Shown here one piece after another: positions 1 through 12,823 of a DNA stretch of 32,000 nucleotides. Under the pieces are notes generated by a model that did no database searches, had not been told where the DNA came from, and worked only from the letters and a program-made list of their open reading frames with translations. How positions within the stretch are numbered: position 1 is the stretch's first letter; every line of letters starts with the position of its first letter. A program made the position numbers and the translations under genes. The stretch covers positions 1,320,001 to 1,352,000 of the forward strand of contig NC_000918.1 of NCBI RefSeq assembly GCF_000008625.1. The letters are read 5' to 3'. This DNA is from Aquifex aeolicus VF5. Lineage in GTDB: Bacteria; Aquificota; Aquificia; Aquificales; Aquificaceae.

Positions 1-1164
1 GATAAACGCCTTGGATTTTCCTACACTTCTTTTCTCGGTGAGGAAGAGATAAAGGACACAGTTGAAAAAGCCATGGAAATGTGTGAAATTCAGGAGCCTG
101 ATGAGGCAAACGGCTTTATAGAGAAACTGAAACCCTCTAAAGCGGTCTCCGTTTACGACGAAGAGTCCCTGTCAATTCCCTTACAGGAAAAGATGGAAAT
201 ACCCGTCAAGATGGAAAAGTACGCAAAGGAACTGGACAAGAGGATTGTAGGAGTGAGAAAGTCCACCCTCACCGAGGTTGAGTTTGAAGTAAGGAGCTTT
301 AACTCTTTTGGTGTTGAGTTCGGATATAGGGGAACCTCTTACACCTCTATGATAGCGACACTCGGAACTGAAAATGATGACAGCGCAATCTCTTGGGAAT
401 TCAGAGGCGCAAGGAGACTGAAGAACTTAAACTGGAAGTCCATGGTTGAGGACGCTGTCTTCAAAACCGTAAACCTCCTTCACCCATCTCCCTTTGAAAC
501 TAGAAGTATGCCCGTTGTGTTCTTCAGGGAAAGCTTTGCGATGCTCCTTGACGCCTTCAGCCCTATGTTTTTGGGAGACTACCTGGTTAAAGGAAAAACA
601 CTTTTAAAGGATAAGGTAAACGAAATAGTAGCGAGTGAAAAAATCACGCTCGTTGATGACGGCTCCATGGAAGAGGGGTTTTCCACTTTCCCTTACGACG
701 CGGAAGGAGTGCCCACCAGAAAAAATTTATTAATAGATAAAGGAGTGTTTAAGGGCTTTCTGCACAGCCTCTACACCGCGAGGAAGTCCTCTCAGGAACC
801 TACCGGAAACTCCGTAAGAGGATCCTACAAAGAACTGCCATCTTCGGGAACCACGAACTTTTACTTAGAAAAGGGGAACCTTTCCTTTGAAGAATTACTC
901 TCCTATTACGATGAGGTTTTCTTGGTTCTGGAGGTAATGGGACTCCACACCGTTGACACTATTTCGGGGGACTTCTCCCTTGGTTGTTCGGGAATTCTTT
1001 ACAAAAAGGGAAAGAAGGACAAAACGGTAAGGGGCATAACTGTAGCGGGGAATATACTAGATCTACTTAAGAACGTTGAAGAAGTGGGGAACGATCTCAC
1101 TTTTTATGGGAGTGTAGGTTCACCCTCGGTTCTCGTTAAAAAATTAACCCTCGGAGGGGGGTGA
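1..1164 (+). CDS. pmbA: TldD/PmbA family metalloprotease-related protein (TldE/PmbA-like), 5'-truncated by window
   Basis: The frame is open from base 1 (DKRLGFSYTSFLGEEEIKDTVEKAMEM...) into the 73..1164 ORF. PmbA-type C-terminus ...GNILDLLKNVEEVGNDLTFYGSVGSPSVLVKKLTLGG. No HExxxH motif in the visible part, which favours PmbA/TldE over TldD. Confidence 0.88.
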   Translation, partial: DKRLGFSYTSFLGEEEIKDTVEKAMEMCEIQEPDEANGFIEKLKPSKAVSVYDEESLSIPLQEKMEIPVKMEKYAKELDKRIVGVRKSTLTEVEFEVRSFNSFGVEFGYRGTSYTSMIATLGTENDDSAISWEFRGARRLKNLNWKSMVEDAVFKTVNLLHPSPFETRSMPVVFFRESFAMLLDAFSPMFLGDYLVKGKTLLKDKVNEIVASEKITLVDDGSMEEGFSTFPYDAEGVPTRKNLLIDKGVFKGFLHSLYTARKSSQEPTGNSVRGSYKELPSSGTTNFYLEKGNLSFEELLSYYDEVFLVLEVMGLHTVDTISGDFSLGCSGILYKKGKKDKTVRGITVAGNILDLLKNVEEVGNDLTFYGSVGSPSVLVKKLTLGGG

Positions 1165-1769
1165 TGAAAAAATTAATCCTCTTACTACTCTGGATTTTTC
1201 TATTAACCTTTTCCCTTTCATCTTTCTACATTTCCTACTCCGCATTCAACGAAGAGAGGACGCAAAAGATAGCGGGAAACCTCGGGGCATTTCTTTTAGC
1301 GATCCCCGAAAACAAGGTCGTTATACTCCCAAATCCCGAGCTTACAATTATAAAAGTCCAAAAGAACGGACAGATATTTATGACTGCTAACGCGGTAAAA
1401 CCCTTTGACCCTAAACTCTATTCTGGATTTAAAAAGAGTTTTAACGGGACACTCGTAGAGGTTTACGTCAAAAATGCCACCCTTGACGATTTTTTTATGT
1501 TTTTAGTAAGTAATCCTACCTTCGGCGGACTTTTAGCCTTTGTATTTATTCTTTATATATCCTTCTTCTACTTTACGGTGAACGAACTGAGGGAGGTTAA
1601 AGTAATCAGAAAAGCCGAAAAGGAACATTCTTTTGACGCAAAGGAAGTAATAAACTCTCTCAAAGCCCTAAAGGTTCTATTGCACACTGAAAAAATACTC
1701 AAAGAGGAAAGTGTGGAGAAAGCTAAATCCATCCTTGATGAAACCATTAAAAAGTTAGAAAATAAATAG
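1161..1769 (+). CDS. Small membrane protein with two predicted TM segments, unknown function (start probably ATG 1164, after SD ggagggggg)
   Basis: Overlaps the pmbA stop. Hydrophobic N-terminus MKKLILLLLWIFLLTFSLSSFY and a second hydrophobic segment LLAFVFILYISFFYF, followed by a charged C-terminal helix. Confidence 0.7.
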   Translation: MMKKLILLLLWIFLLTFSLSSFYISYSAFNEERTQKIAGNLGAFLLAIPENKVVILPNPELTIIKVQKNGQIFMTANAVKPFDPKLYSGFKKSFNGTLVEVYVKNATLDDFFMFLVSNPTFGGLLAFVFILYISFFYFTVNELREVKVIRKAEKEHSFDAKEVINSLKALKVLLHTEKILKEESVEKAKSILDETIKKLENK

Positions 1770-1780
1770 GAGGGGCTTGA

Positions 1781-3004
1781 ATGAAAATTTTGATAGTTTC
1801 CTTCGATAAAACCTTAGTTGACAGCTTAAAAGAACACCTCGCACAACACGAAGTTTACACGGCAAAGAACGCCGAAGAAGCCATAACCCTATCTCCATCG
1901 GACATCGATTTAATAATCTTCGACGCCATTTCTGGTGCAATTTCCGAAGAAGAGATAAACGAATTGTATTCAAAGAAGTTTAAAAATCAAAAGTACGTGA
2001 TACTTTACGATGAACTCTTTCCCGTAGATCCCAAAAACATACTTCCCCCTAACAAAGTCCTCGTTTTGAGGGATTCTCCACCCGAAGAAATAATAAGGAG
2101 AGCCCTTGAAGAAAAGAAAGAAGAAACAAAGGAAGAAGGGATAGAAATAGGCGCAAGCGTTCCCGTAGAAGAAGAATTAAAGACCGAGAAAAAAGAAGAA
2201 AAGGTGGAAAAAGAAGAAACAGGAAAGGCTAAGGTTCTGGTAGTGAGTTTTGACAAGAAACTTACAGATAATATCACTAACGCCTTAAAAGGAAAGTTCA
2301 GCGTAGAAGTTGTAAGGAACATAAAGTCCGTGAAAGAGAAGGGACTCGAGGCCGACATTATCGTTTACGACGCCATTTCCGGTTCTATAGCGGAGAAAAA
2401 CTTAATGGAACTGGCAGAGGTTCCCCAGCTCAGGGAAAAGCACTTTATAATCCTCGTAGACGAACTCTTCCCAATAGACGTTGAAAAAATAAACCTGCCG
2501 AACAAGAGCACCCTGAACAGGGATGCTGGAGCAGAGGCTATAGCCGAGGAAGTTGAAAAGGTCGCACAAAAAGTAAAGAAGGAAGAAATAAAGTCTATGG
2601 AAACGGAAGAAGTAAAGGAAGAAAAAGTAAGGGAAGAAATCCCTGAAGAAGTACCTCAAGAAGTGGAAGAAATTAAAGAAGAAAAACCAGAAATGTCTGA
2701 AATTAAAGAAAAGACCGAAGCTATATCTACGAAGGAGAAAACTCCGGAAGCGGTTCAGGTGCTGGCGGAAAAGCTCTCTGATGAGAAATTTATACGCAGT
2801 TTGCTTGTGGAAGCTATCTCAAAGGAACTTCACGGAGTAAGAGAGGAAATAAAGGCGGAAGTGAGGGATTACATAAAAAATGTGCTTGAATCGATAATAA
2901 GAGAAGAGATCGAAAGAGCCTTTGCGGAAGTGGGCGTTGCAAAGATAATAAGGGAAGAGACTAAGAGGATAGTCGAGGAAAAAATAAAGGAATTGCTGAA
3001 GTAA
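1781..3004 (+). CDS. Tandem receiver-like (CheY-fold-like) domain protein with acidic/coiled linker and C-terminal helical tail
   Basis: Two internally similar modules: [16 protein letters not shown]...[16 protein letters not shown]...[11 protein letters not shown] and [16 protein letters not shown]...[16 protein letters not shown]...[13 protein letters not shown] gagggg before ATG 1781. Confidence 0.7.
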
Positions 3005-3016
3005 ATTTAAATTCTT

Positions 3017-3901
3017 ATGGAAGTTCTCCACAAACCTGTACTTTTAAGGGAAAGTGTTGAGTTTCTGACCGAAAACGGAGGAAAGATTTACGTTGACTGC
3101 ACGCTCGGAGGTGGAGGGCACGCAAAGGAAATTCTGAAGAAAAGGAAAGATATTTTCCTTATCGGAATAGACAGGGACGAGGAAGCTATAGAAATAGCAA
3201 AGGAAAATTTAAAAGAGTTTGAGGGGAGGTTCAGTATATACAAGGCGAACTTCAAGGATTTGGACCTGGTTCTGAAAGAGGAAGGTATAGACAAAGTAGA
3301 CGGATTTCTCTTTGACCTCGGAGTTTCCATGTACCAGCTAAAGGGAGAAAGGGGGTTTACCTTTCAGGAGGACCAGCCCCTTGATATGCGTATGGACAAA
3401 GAGCAAACGTTAACCGCTTGCAAAGTCGTAAACAACTACCCCGAAAGGGAGTTAATAAGGATACTCAAAGAGTACGGCGAAGAGAAGTTTGCGGTAAGGA
3501 TTGCAAAGGCGATAGTCCAGAGGAGGAAGAAAAAGCCAATAGAAACGACGGGAGAACTCGTTGACGTAATCCTTTCCGTGGTTCCCGAGTACTACAAACA
3601 CGGCAAGATACACCCCGCCACGAGAACCTTTCAGGCGATAAGGATTGAGGTAAATAAAGAACTGGAATCCCTCAAAGAAGCTTTGGAAAAAACACCTTAT
3701 CACTTTAACTCAAAAGGCAGACTCGTAGTCATTACTTTCCACTCCCTTGAGGACAGGATAGTTAAGCACTTTATAAAGGAGAAAGAAAAGGAAGGAATTT
3801 TTAGGATAATTACGAAGAAGCCTGTAACGCCGTCCGAAGAAGAAATCAGGGAAAATCCAGCCTCGCGGAGTGCGAAACTTCGTGTAGCTGAGAAAATTTA
3901 A
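3017..3901 (+). CDS. rsmH: 16S rRNA (cytosine(1402)-N(4))-methyltransferase RsmH/MraW
   Basis: [82 protein letters not shown]: full MraW signatures. Confidence 0.97.
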
Positions 3902-3946
3902 TGTTATAATTACAATCTTGCTTTAAACTCGGAAGAGGTGAATGGG

Positions 3947-4381
3947 ATGAAGACATACAGGATTAAGCCCGAAGAAGTGGAAAGAAAGTGGTGGGTAGTG
4001 GACGCAACGGGAAAGACTCTGGGAAGACTTGCAAGCGAAATAGCTAAAATTTTGAGGGGAAAGCACAAACCTTACTATCAGCCGGACGTTGATTGCGGTG
4101 ATTTCGTAATAGTTATAAACGCGGAGAAGATAAGAGTTACGGGTAAGAAACTCGAGCAGAAGAAGTATTACTGGCACAGCAGATACCCCGGAGGATTGAA
4201 GGAGAGAACCCTCAAGTGGATGCTCGAAAACAAACCCGAAGAGGTTATAAGACTCGCGGTAAAGAGGATGCTTCCCAAAAACAGACTCGGACACAGAATG
4301 CTTAAGAAGTTAAAAGTTTACAGGGGACCTGAGCATCCCCACCAAGCTCAAAAACCCCAGCCTCTGGAGGTTAAAGCATGA
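3947..4381 (+). CDS. rplM: 50S ribosomal protein L13 (ORF track opens at GTG 3938; likely start ATG 3947 after SD gaagaggtg)
   Basis: [49 protein letters not shown]...[13 protein letters not shown]...[31 protein letters not shown]. Confidence 0.98.
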   Translation: MKTYRIKPEEVERKWWVVDATGKTLGRLASEIAKILRGKHKPYYQPDVDCGDFVIVINAEKIRVTGKKLEQKKYYWHSRYPGGLKERTLKWMLENKPEEVIRLAVKRMLPKNRLGHRMLKKLKVYRGPEHPHQAQKPQPLEVKA

Positions 4382-4821
4382 TTCAGAAGTTAAAGGACTT
4401 TAAATTAACCCCCGAAAACACTTATTACGCTACCGGTAAGAGAAAGGAAGCGGTTGCAAGGGTGTGGCTTCTCAGGGACAGACCCAATACCTTTATAGTC
4501 GGGTCAGATAAGACGAACAAGGAATATGACCTAAGGGAGTACGTCCAGAGGGAAACACTTTACAACAAAATAATGTATCCTTTTAAAGTTACAGGACACG
4601 AGGGTAAGTTCGGCATATACGCAACTGTCAGAGGCGGCGGAATATCCGCACAGGCGGAAGCTATAATGTACGGAGTCGCAAAGGCACTTCTCCAGCACAA
4701 CCCCGACCTGAGACCCACCCTTAAAAAGGCAGGACTCCTTACGAGAGACGCAAGAGAGAAGGAAAGGAAGAAGTACGGTCAAATGGGTGCAAGAGCCAAG
4801 TACAGATGGAGCAAACGTTAA
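4378..4821 (+). CDS. rpsI: 30S ribosomal protein S9
   Basis: [16 protein letters not shown]...; C-terminus [24 protein letters not shown]; ATGA overlap with rplM. Confidence 0.98.
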   Translation: MIQKLKDFKLTPENTYYATGKRKEAVARVWLLRDRPNTFIVGSDKTNKEYDLREYVQRETLYNKIMYPFKVTGHEGKFGIYATVRGGGISAQAEAIMYGVAKALLQHNPDLRPTLKKAGLLTRDAREKERKKYGQMGARAKYRWSKR

Positions 4822-5828
4822 GAGTTTCCGTTTTCGGTGCCACCGGTTATACCGGTATAGAACTCCTTCGCTCCCTTCTCACACACCCCCACTTTGAAGT
4901 AAAAAACCTTATCTCTCAGTCTTACAAAGGCAAAAAAGTAAGGGAGGTACTTCCCTTCTTTTCAAACACCTACATATCCGAGATAGAGTTCCTTGAAGAA
5001 CCTGTTGAAGACTACGAACTTGCCTTTTTATGCCTTCCTCACGAAGTCTCCTACGAGATAGTTCCCAAACTGCTCTCCCAGGGCAAAAAGGTTGTGGACC
5101 TATCCGGTGCTTACAGGATAAAAAGTCCCAAAGCTTACGAGGAATTTTACGGATTTAAACACGAGAGGGAAGATATCCTTCAGAGGGCTGTTTACGGACT
5201 TCCAGAAGTTTTTAGAGAGGAGATAAAAAATAGCGATCTCGTGGCAAACCCCGGGTGTTATCCAACGGCTACACTTCTGGCAATATACCCCTTCCTCAAG
5301 GAAAGGGTGGGAATAGAGAGTGTAATTGTTCACGCCCTTTCGGGTGTGAGCGGAGCGGGAAGGAAGCCAAAACAACAATTTCACTTCCCCGAAATGACGG
5401 AAAACTTCTTCAATTACGCGGTAGAAAAGCACAGGCACACTCCCGAGATGGAAGACGTAATAAGGAGAGTTTACGGAAGAGAAGTAAAGGTAAGGTTTAC
5501 TCCCACCGTAGTTCCTACCTCAAGGGGAATGATATCCACGGTTTACCTGAAATCAGAAAAATTAAACGTAAAGGAGCTTTTCAAGGAAGTTTACGAAGAC
5601 GAGATTTTCGTAAAGGTTGTGGACGAACCACCTCAAACCAAGTGGGTTCTGGGAACCAATTACTGTTTTATTTATCCCCATTACGACGAAAGGACAGGCT
5701 ATTACGTTATTATTTCTGCAATTGACAACTTGGGTAAAGGAGCTTCTCTACAGGCGGTTCAAAACGCAAATTTAATGTTCGGGCTTGCGGAAGACGACGG
5801 GCTCCTTCAACTTCCCGTTTTCCCCTGA
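4806..5828 (+). CDS. argC: N-acetyl-gamma-glutamyl-phosphate reductase
   Basis: VFGATGYTGIELLRLL-type N-terminus, NPGCYPTATLLAIYPF catalytic Cys motif, SGVSGAGRKP, HRHTPEME. Confidence 0.97.
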   Translation: MEQTLRVSVFGATGYTGIELLRSLLTHPHFEVKNLISQSYKGKKVREVLPFFSNTYISEIEFLEEPVEDYELAFLCLPHEVSYEIVPKLLSQGKKVVDLSGAYRIKSPKAYEEFYGFKHEREDILQRAVYGLPEVFREEIKNSDLVANPGCYPTATLLAIYPFLKERVGIESVIVHALSGVSGAGRKPKQQFHFPEMTENFFNYAVEKHRHTPEMEDVIRRVYGREVKVRFTPTVVPTSRGMISTVYLKSEKLNVKELFKEVYEDEIFVKVVDEPPQTKWVLGTNYCFIYPHYDERTGYYVIISAIDNLGKGASLQAVQNANLMFGLAEDDGLLQLPVFP

Positions 5829-5836
5829 AAGTTTGT

Positions 5837-5842
5837 TATACT
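5837..5842 (+). promoter_or_regulatory. Candidate -10 (TATACT) 10 nt upstream of the SD-less dnaN start
   Basis: gtttgtTATACTaattctccaaATG. Confidence 0.45.
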
Positions 5843-5852
5843 AATTCTCCAA

Positions 5853-6944
5853 ATGCGCGTTAAGGTGGACAGGGAGGAGCTTGAAGAGGTTCTTAAAAAA
5901 GCAAGAGAAAGCACGGAAAAAAAAGCCGCACTCCCGATACTCGCGAACTTCTTACTCTCCGCAAAAGAGGAAAACTTAATCGTAAGGGCAACGGACTTGG
6001 AAAACTACCTTGTAGTCTCCGTAAAGGGGGAGGTTGAAGAGGAAGGAGAGGTTTGCGTCCACTCTCAAAAACTCTACGATATAGTCAAGAACTTAAATTC
6101 CGCTTACGTTTACCTTCATACGGAAGGTGAAAAACTCGTCATAACGGGAGGAAAGAGTACGTACAAACTTCCGACAGCTCCCGCGGAGGACTTTCCCGAA
6201 TTTCCAGAAATCGTAGAAGGAGGAGAAACACTTTCGGGAAACCTTCTCGTTAACGGAATAGAAAAGGTAGAGTACGCCATAGCGAAGGAAGAAGCGAACA
6301 TAGCCCTTCAGGGAATGTATCTGAGAGGATACGAGGACAGAATTCACTTTGTAGGTTCGGACGGTCACAGGCTTGCACTTTATGAACCTCTAGGAGAGTT
6401 TTCCAAGGAACTCCTCATACCCAGAAAGAGCTTAAAGGTTTTAAAGAAGCTAATAACGGGCATAGAGGACGTAAACATTGAAAAGAGTGAAGACGAGTCT
6501 TTTGCTTACTTCTCCACTCCCGAGTGGAAACTCGCCGTTAGACTCCTGGAAGGAGAATTCCCGGACTACATGAGTGTCATCCCTGAGGAGTTTTCGGCGG
6601 AAGTCTTGTTTGAGACAGAGGAAGTCTTAAAGGTTTTAAAGAGGTTGAAGGCTTTAAGCGAAGGAAAAGTTTTTCCCGTGAAGATTACCTTAAGCGAAAA
6701 CCTTGCCATCTTTGAGTTCGCGGATCCGGAGTTCGGAGAAGCGAGAGAGGAAATTGAAGTGGAGTACACGGGAGAGCCCTTTGAGATAGGATTCAACGGA
6801 AAGTACCTTATGGAGGCGCTTGACGCCTACGACAGCGAAAGAGTGTGGTTCAAGTTCACAACCCCCGACACGGCCACTTTATTGGAGGCTGAAGATTACG
6901 AAAAGGAACCTTACAAGTGCATAATAATGCCGATGAGGGTGTAG
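5853..6944 (+). CDS. dnaN: DNA polymerase III beta subunit (sliding clamp)
   Basis: [37 protein letters not shown]..., [21 protein letters not shown]-terminal [10 protein letters not shown]. Confidence 0.97.
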
Positions 6945-6946
6945 CC

Positions 6947-7168
6947 ATGAAAAAAGCTTTAATCTTTTTATTGAGCTTGAGCCTTTTAATTCCTGCGTTT
7001 AGCGAAGCCAAACCCAAGTCTTCAAAGAAGAAGTACTACACTTACGAGAAGTACAAGAAGTACAAGAAAAAGAGAAGGGTGTGGATAAGGCGATATCCGA
7101 GAAAGGCCAACACTCTAACTGACGCACACAGGGTAAAGCTCGAAGAAATGGTAAAAGAGATGTTCTAA
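6947..7168 (+). CDS. Small predicted secreted, very basic Lys/Tyr-rich protein, unknown function
   Basis: ATG 6947: signal-peptide-like MKKALIFLLSLSLLIPAFSEA, then KPKSSKKKYYTYEKYKKYKKKRRVWIRRYPRKA. Tightly packed between dnaN and the next gene. Confidence 0.6.
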   Translation: MKKALIFLLSLSLLIPAFSEAKPKSSKKKYYTYEKYKKYKKKRRVWIRRYPRKANTLTDAHRVKLEEMVKEMF

Positions 7169-7170
7169 AA

Positions 7171-7900
7171 ATGGACAAAGACAGCTTAAGGATCATTGAA
7201 GAGTTAAAGATAAGACAGGGTGATACTTGGCGTGTATTCAAGATAATGAGCGAGTTCGTGCAGGGCTTTGACGAGCTCAGTGACGTCGGCCCTGCGGTAA
7301 CCTTTTTCGGAAGTTCAAGGGCAAAGGAGACGGACAAGTACTACAAACTCGCTTACGAGACGGCTTTCAACCTCGGGAAACTCGGTTTTACGATAATAAC
7401 GGGGGGAGGACCCGGGATAATGGAGGCGGCAAACAGGGGAGCGTACGACAGCGGAACGGAAAGCATCGGACTGAACATAGACATCCCCAGAGAACAGTTT
7501 CCCAATAAGTACCAGACTAAAAACCTGAAGTTCAAATACTTCTTCGTAAGAAAAGTGATGCTCCTCAAGTACGCCATGGCTTACGTGATCTTTCCGGGAG
7601 GTTTCGGTACCTTTGATGAGCTCTTTGAAGCGCTTACACTTATACAAACTGGAAAGAGTCATAAATTCCCGTTAATACTTTTCGGCAGTGAGTACTACTC
7701 CCACCTGTTGAAGTTCATGGAAGAGGTAATGGTAAAGTTCGGAACGATAGACAAGGAAGACATTAACTTGATGGTTCTCGTGGACGACCCCAGAGACGTT
7801 GTAAAGCACATAATGAACAAAGCGAGGGAAAAGTACTTCCACTTGAAAAAGTTCGGAGAGACTTCCTTTCTGAGAAAACTTGAGAGAATATTAAAGAATT

Positions 7901-7923
<23 letters not shown>
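7171..7923 (+). CDS. LOG/TIGR00730-like Rossmann-fold protein ('lysine decarboxylase'-type PGGxGTxxE family)
   Basis: VTFFGSSRAKE, GFTIITGGGPGIMEAANRGAYDSG, VIFPGGFGTFDELFEALTLIQTGK. Confidence 0.9.
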
Positions 7924-11013
<3,090 letters not shown>

Positions 11014-11022
11014 AATTGGTTT

Positions 11023-11028
11023 ATTATA
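11023..11028 (-). promoter_or_regulatory. Candidate -10 (TATAAT) 9 nt upstream of the SD-less CcsB-like start
   Basis: Minus strand: ATCACA-18 nt-TATAAT-aaaccaatt-ATG. Confidence 0.5.
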
Positions 11029-11126
11029 ACGCGGTTTTAAAAAGCTTGTGATAAAAAGCAATGATTTAGCCAAGTGGACAAAAATCTTACAGCGCCTATT
11101 TAATAAATTCTTAACGGAGGTGATGA

Positions 11127-12095
11127 ATGGTACAGCTCGCCTTAAAGGAGGAGAAAGAACTTACTAAGGAGGAGATAAAGGAACTCCAGAAAGAAGTTAG
11201 GAGACTCGCAAAGGAAAAGAACGCTGTAATACTCGCTCACTATTATCAGAGACCGGAGGTTCAAGATATAGCGGATTTTGTAGGAGATTCTTTAGAGCTC
11301 GCCAGAAAGGCTTCTCAGACGGACGCGGACATTATTGTATTCTGCGGTGTTAGGTTTATGTGTGAAACCGCAAAGATAGTAAATCCCGAGAAAAAGGTTC
11401 TCCACCCAAATCCGGAAAGCGGATGCCCCATGGCAGACATGATAACGGCAAAGCAAGTAAGGGAACTCAGGGAAAAGCATCCGGACGCGGAATTCGTAGC
11501 CTACATAAACACCACCGCGGACGTTAAGGCGGAAGTGGACATATGCGTAACCTCCGCAAACGCCCCAAAAATAATAAAGAAACTCGAAGCTAAAAAGATC
11601 GTATTCCTACCGGATCAAGCTCTCGGTAACTGGGTGGCAAAGCAAGTTCCGGAAAAGGAATTCATAATATGGAAAGGTTTCTGTCCTCCACACTTTGAGT
11701 TTACGTACAAGGAACTCGAAAAGTTAAAGGAAATGTACCCCGACGCCAAGGTGGCAGTTCACCCAGAGTGCCACCCCAGAGTCATAGAACTTGCGGACTT
11801 CGTAGGATCTACTTCCCAGATACTCAAGTACGCCACAAGTGTTGATGCAAAAAGGGTAATAGTGGTAACCGAAGTTGGACTCAAGTACACACTGGAAAAG
11901 ATTAATCCGAATAAGGAATACATTTTCCCCCAATCCATGAATTACTGCGGAACCGTTTACTGTTGTACAATGAAGGGAATTACGCTACCTAAAGTTTACG
12001 AGACCTTAAAGAACGAAATAAACGAAGTGACGCTTCCCAAAGATATTATAGAGAGGGCGAGGAGACCCATAGAGAGGATGCTCGAGCTCAGTTAA
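11127..12095 (+). CDS. nadA: Quinolinate synthase A
   Basis: AVILAHYYQRPEVQDIADFVGDSLELARKA, VFCGVRFMCETAKI, NPESGCPMADM, HPECHPRVIELADFVGSTSQILKY, CGTVYCCTMKGITLPKVYETL; SD ggaggtga. Confidence 0.97.
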   Translation: MVQLALKEEKELTKEEIKELQKEVRRLAKEKNAVILAHYYQRPEVQDIADFVGDSLELARKASQTDADIIVFCGVRFMCETAKIVNPEKKVLHPNPESGCPMADMITAKQVRELREKHPDAEFVAYINTTADVKAEVDICVTSANAPKIIKKLEAKKIVFLPDQALGNWVAKQVPEKEFIIWKGFCPPHFEFTYKELEKLKEMYPDAKVAVHPECHPRVIELADFVGSTSQILKYATSVDAKRVIVVTEVGLKYTLEKINPNKEYIFPQSMNYCGTVYCCTMKGITLPKVYETLKNEINEVTLPKDIIERARRPIERMLELS

Positions 12096-12814
12096 AGTAT
12101 CTTCTTTGCGGTTTCCCACATGGCTATAGCACCGGCGGACCCGACATTTAACGAAGTTACTTTCCCCTTCATTGGTATGGTTACGATTTGGTCCGAAATA
12201 TCTAAAACACTCTTTGAGACTCCTTTGTCCTCGGATCCCAAGACAAGAGCTACGGGAAGAGGAATGTCAACCTCCCTTATATCCTTTCCTCCTTTTTCTA
12301 CCGCAAACACCCACCCTCCCATCTTCTGGAAGTTCTTAAGTTCTCTCGAAAGACTGGAAACTTTTGAAATCTTCAGGTGAAAGACTGCACCGCTTGAAGC
12401 CTTAACTACGGTCTCGTTGATGGGAGAAGTCCTGTCCTTAGAAATTAAAGCTCCAACTCCGCCGAGAACCTCGCAGGTTCTGAGCAAGTTTCCCACGTTT
12501 TGAGGGTCGGTTATGTGGTCTATCACTATAAAGAAAGACTTTTTCTCAATACACTCCTTAAATAGTTCATGAGGGGAAACGTAATTTACGGGAGAAAGAA
12601 GCGCAACAACTCCCTGAGTTTTCTTGGTTCCCGCGAGTTCTTCTACTTTCTTTCTTGATATCCTCTGAACTTTTACACCTCTCTTTTTTGCGAGTTCTAA
12701 AAGTTCTTTGGGCGGGTGGCTGTCGTGAGCCACGTAAATCTTTTCTAAGTTTCTTCCCGCCCTCAATGCCTCTATTATCGGGTTCCTTCCCCAGATTACG
12801 AACTTCTTCTCCAT
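12092..12814 (-). CDS. rlmB: SpoU/TrmH family RNA 2'-O-methyltransferase, RlmB-like
   Basis: IWGRNPIIEALRAGRNLEKIYVA N-domain; FIVIDHITDPQNVGNLLRTCEVLGGVG; LVLGSEDKGVSKSVLDISDQIVTIPMKGKVTSLNVGSAGAIAMWE. Confidence 0.93.
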   Translation of the reverse strand: MEKKFVIWGRNPIIEALRAGRNLEKIYVAHDSHPPKELLELAKKRGVKVQRISRKKVEELAGTKKTQGVVALLSPVNYVSPHELFKECIEKKSFFIVIDHITDPQNVGNLLRTCEVLGGVGALISKDRTSPINETVVKASSGAVFHLKISKVSSLSRELKNFQKMGGWVFAVEKGGKDIREVDIPLPVALVLGSEDKGVSKSVLDISDQIVTIPMKGKVTSLNVGSAGAIAMWETAKKIL

Positions 12815-12823
12815 TTTATTTCC

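Noticed and set aside
2005-2659. Minus-strand ORFs rich in Ser/Phe opposite the receiver-like gene
   Set aside because: Composition (runs of S and F) is the reverse complement of Glu/Lys codons, so it is an artefact.
3905-3910. TATAAT upstream of rplM as another leaderless promoter
   Set aside because: It lies 36 nt before ATG 3947, which has a good SD (gaagaggtg), so if it is a promoter it gives a normal leadered transcript; no clear -35.
5255-5725. 156-aa plus-strand ORF inside argC
   Set aside because: Different frame from a fully conserved ArgC; low-complexity, basic composition; shadow ORF.
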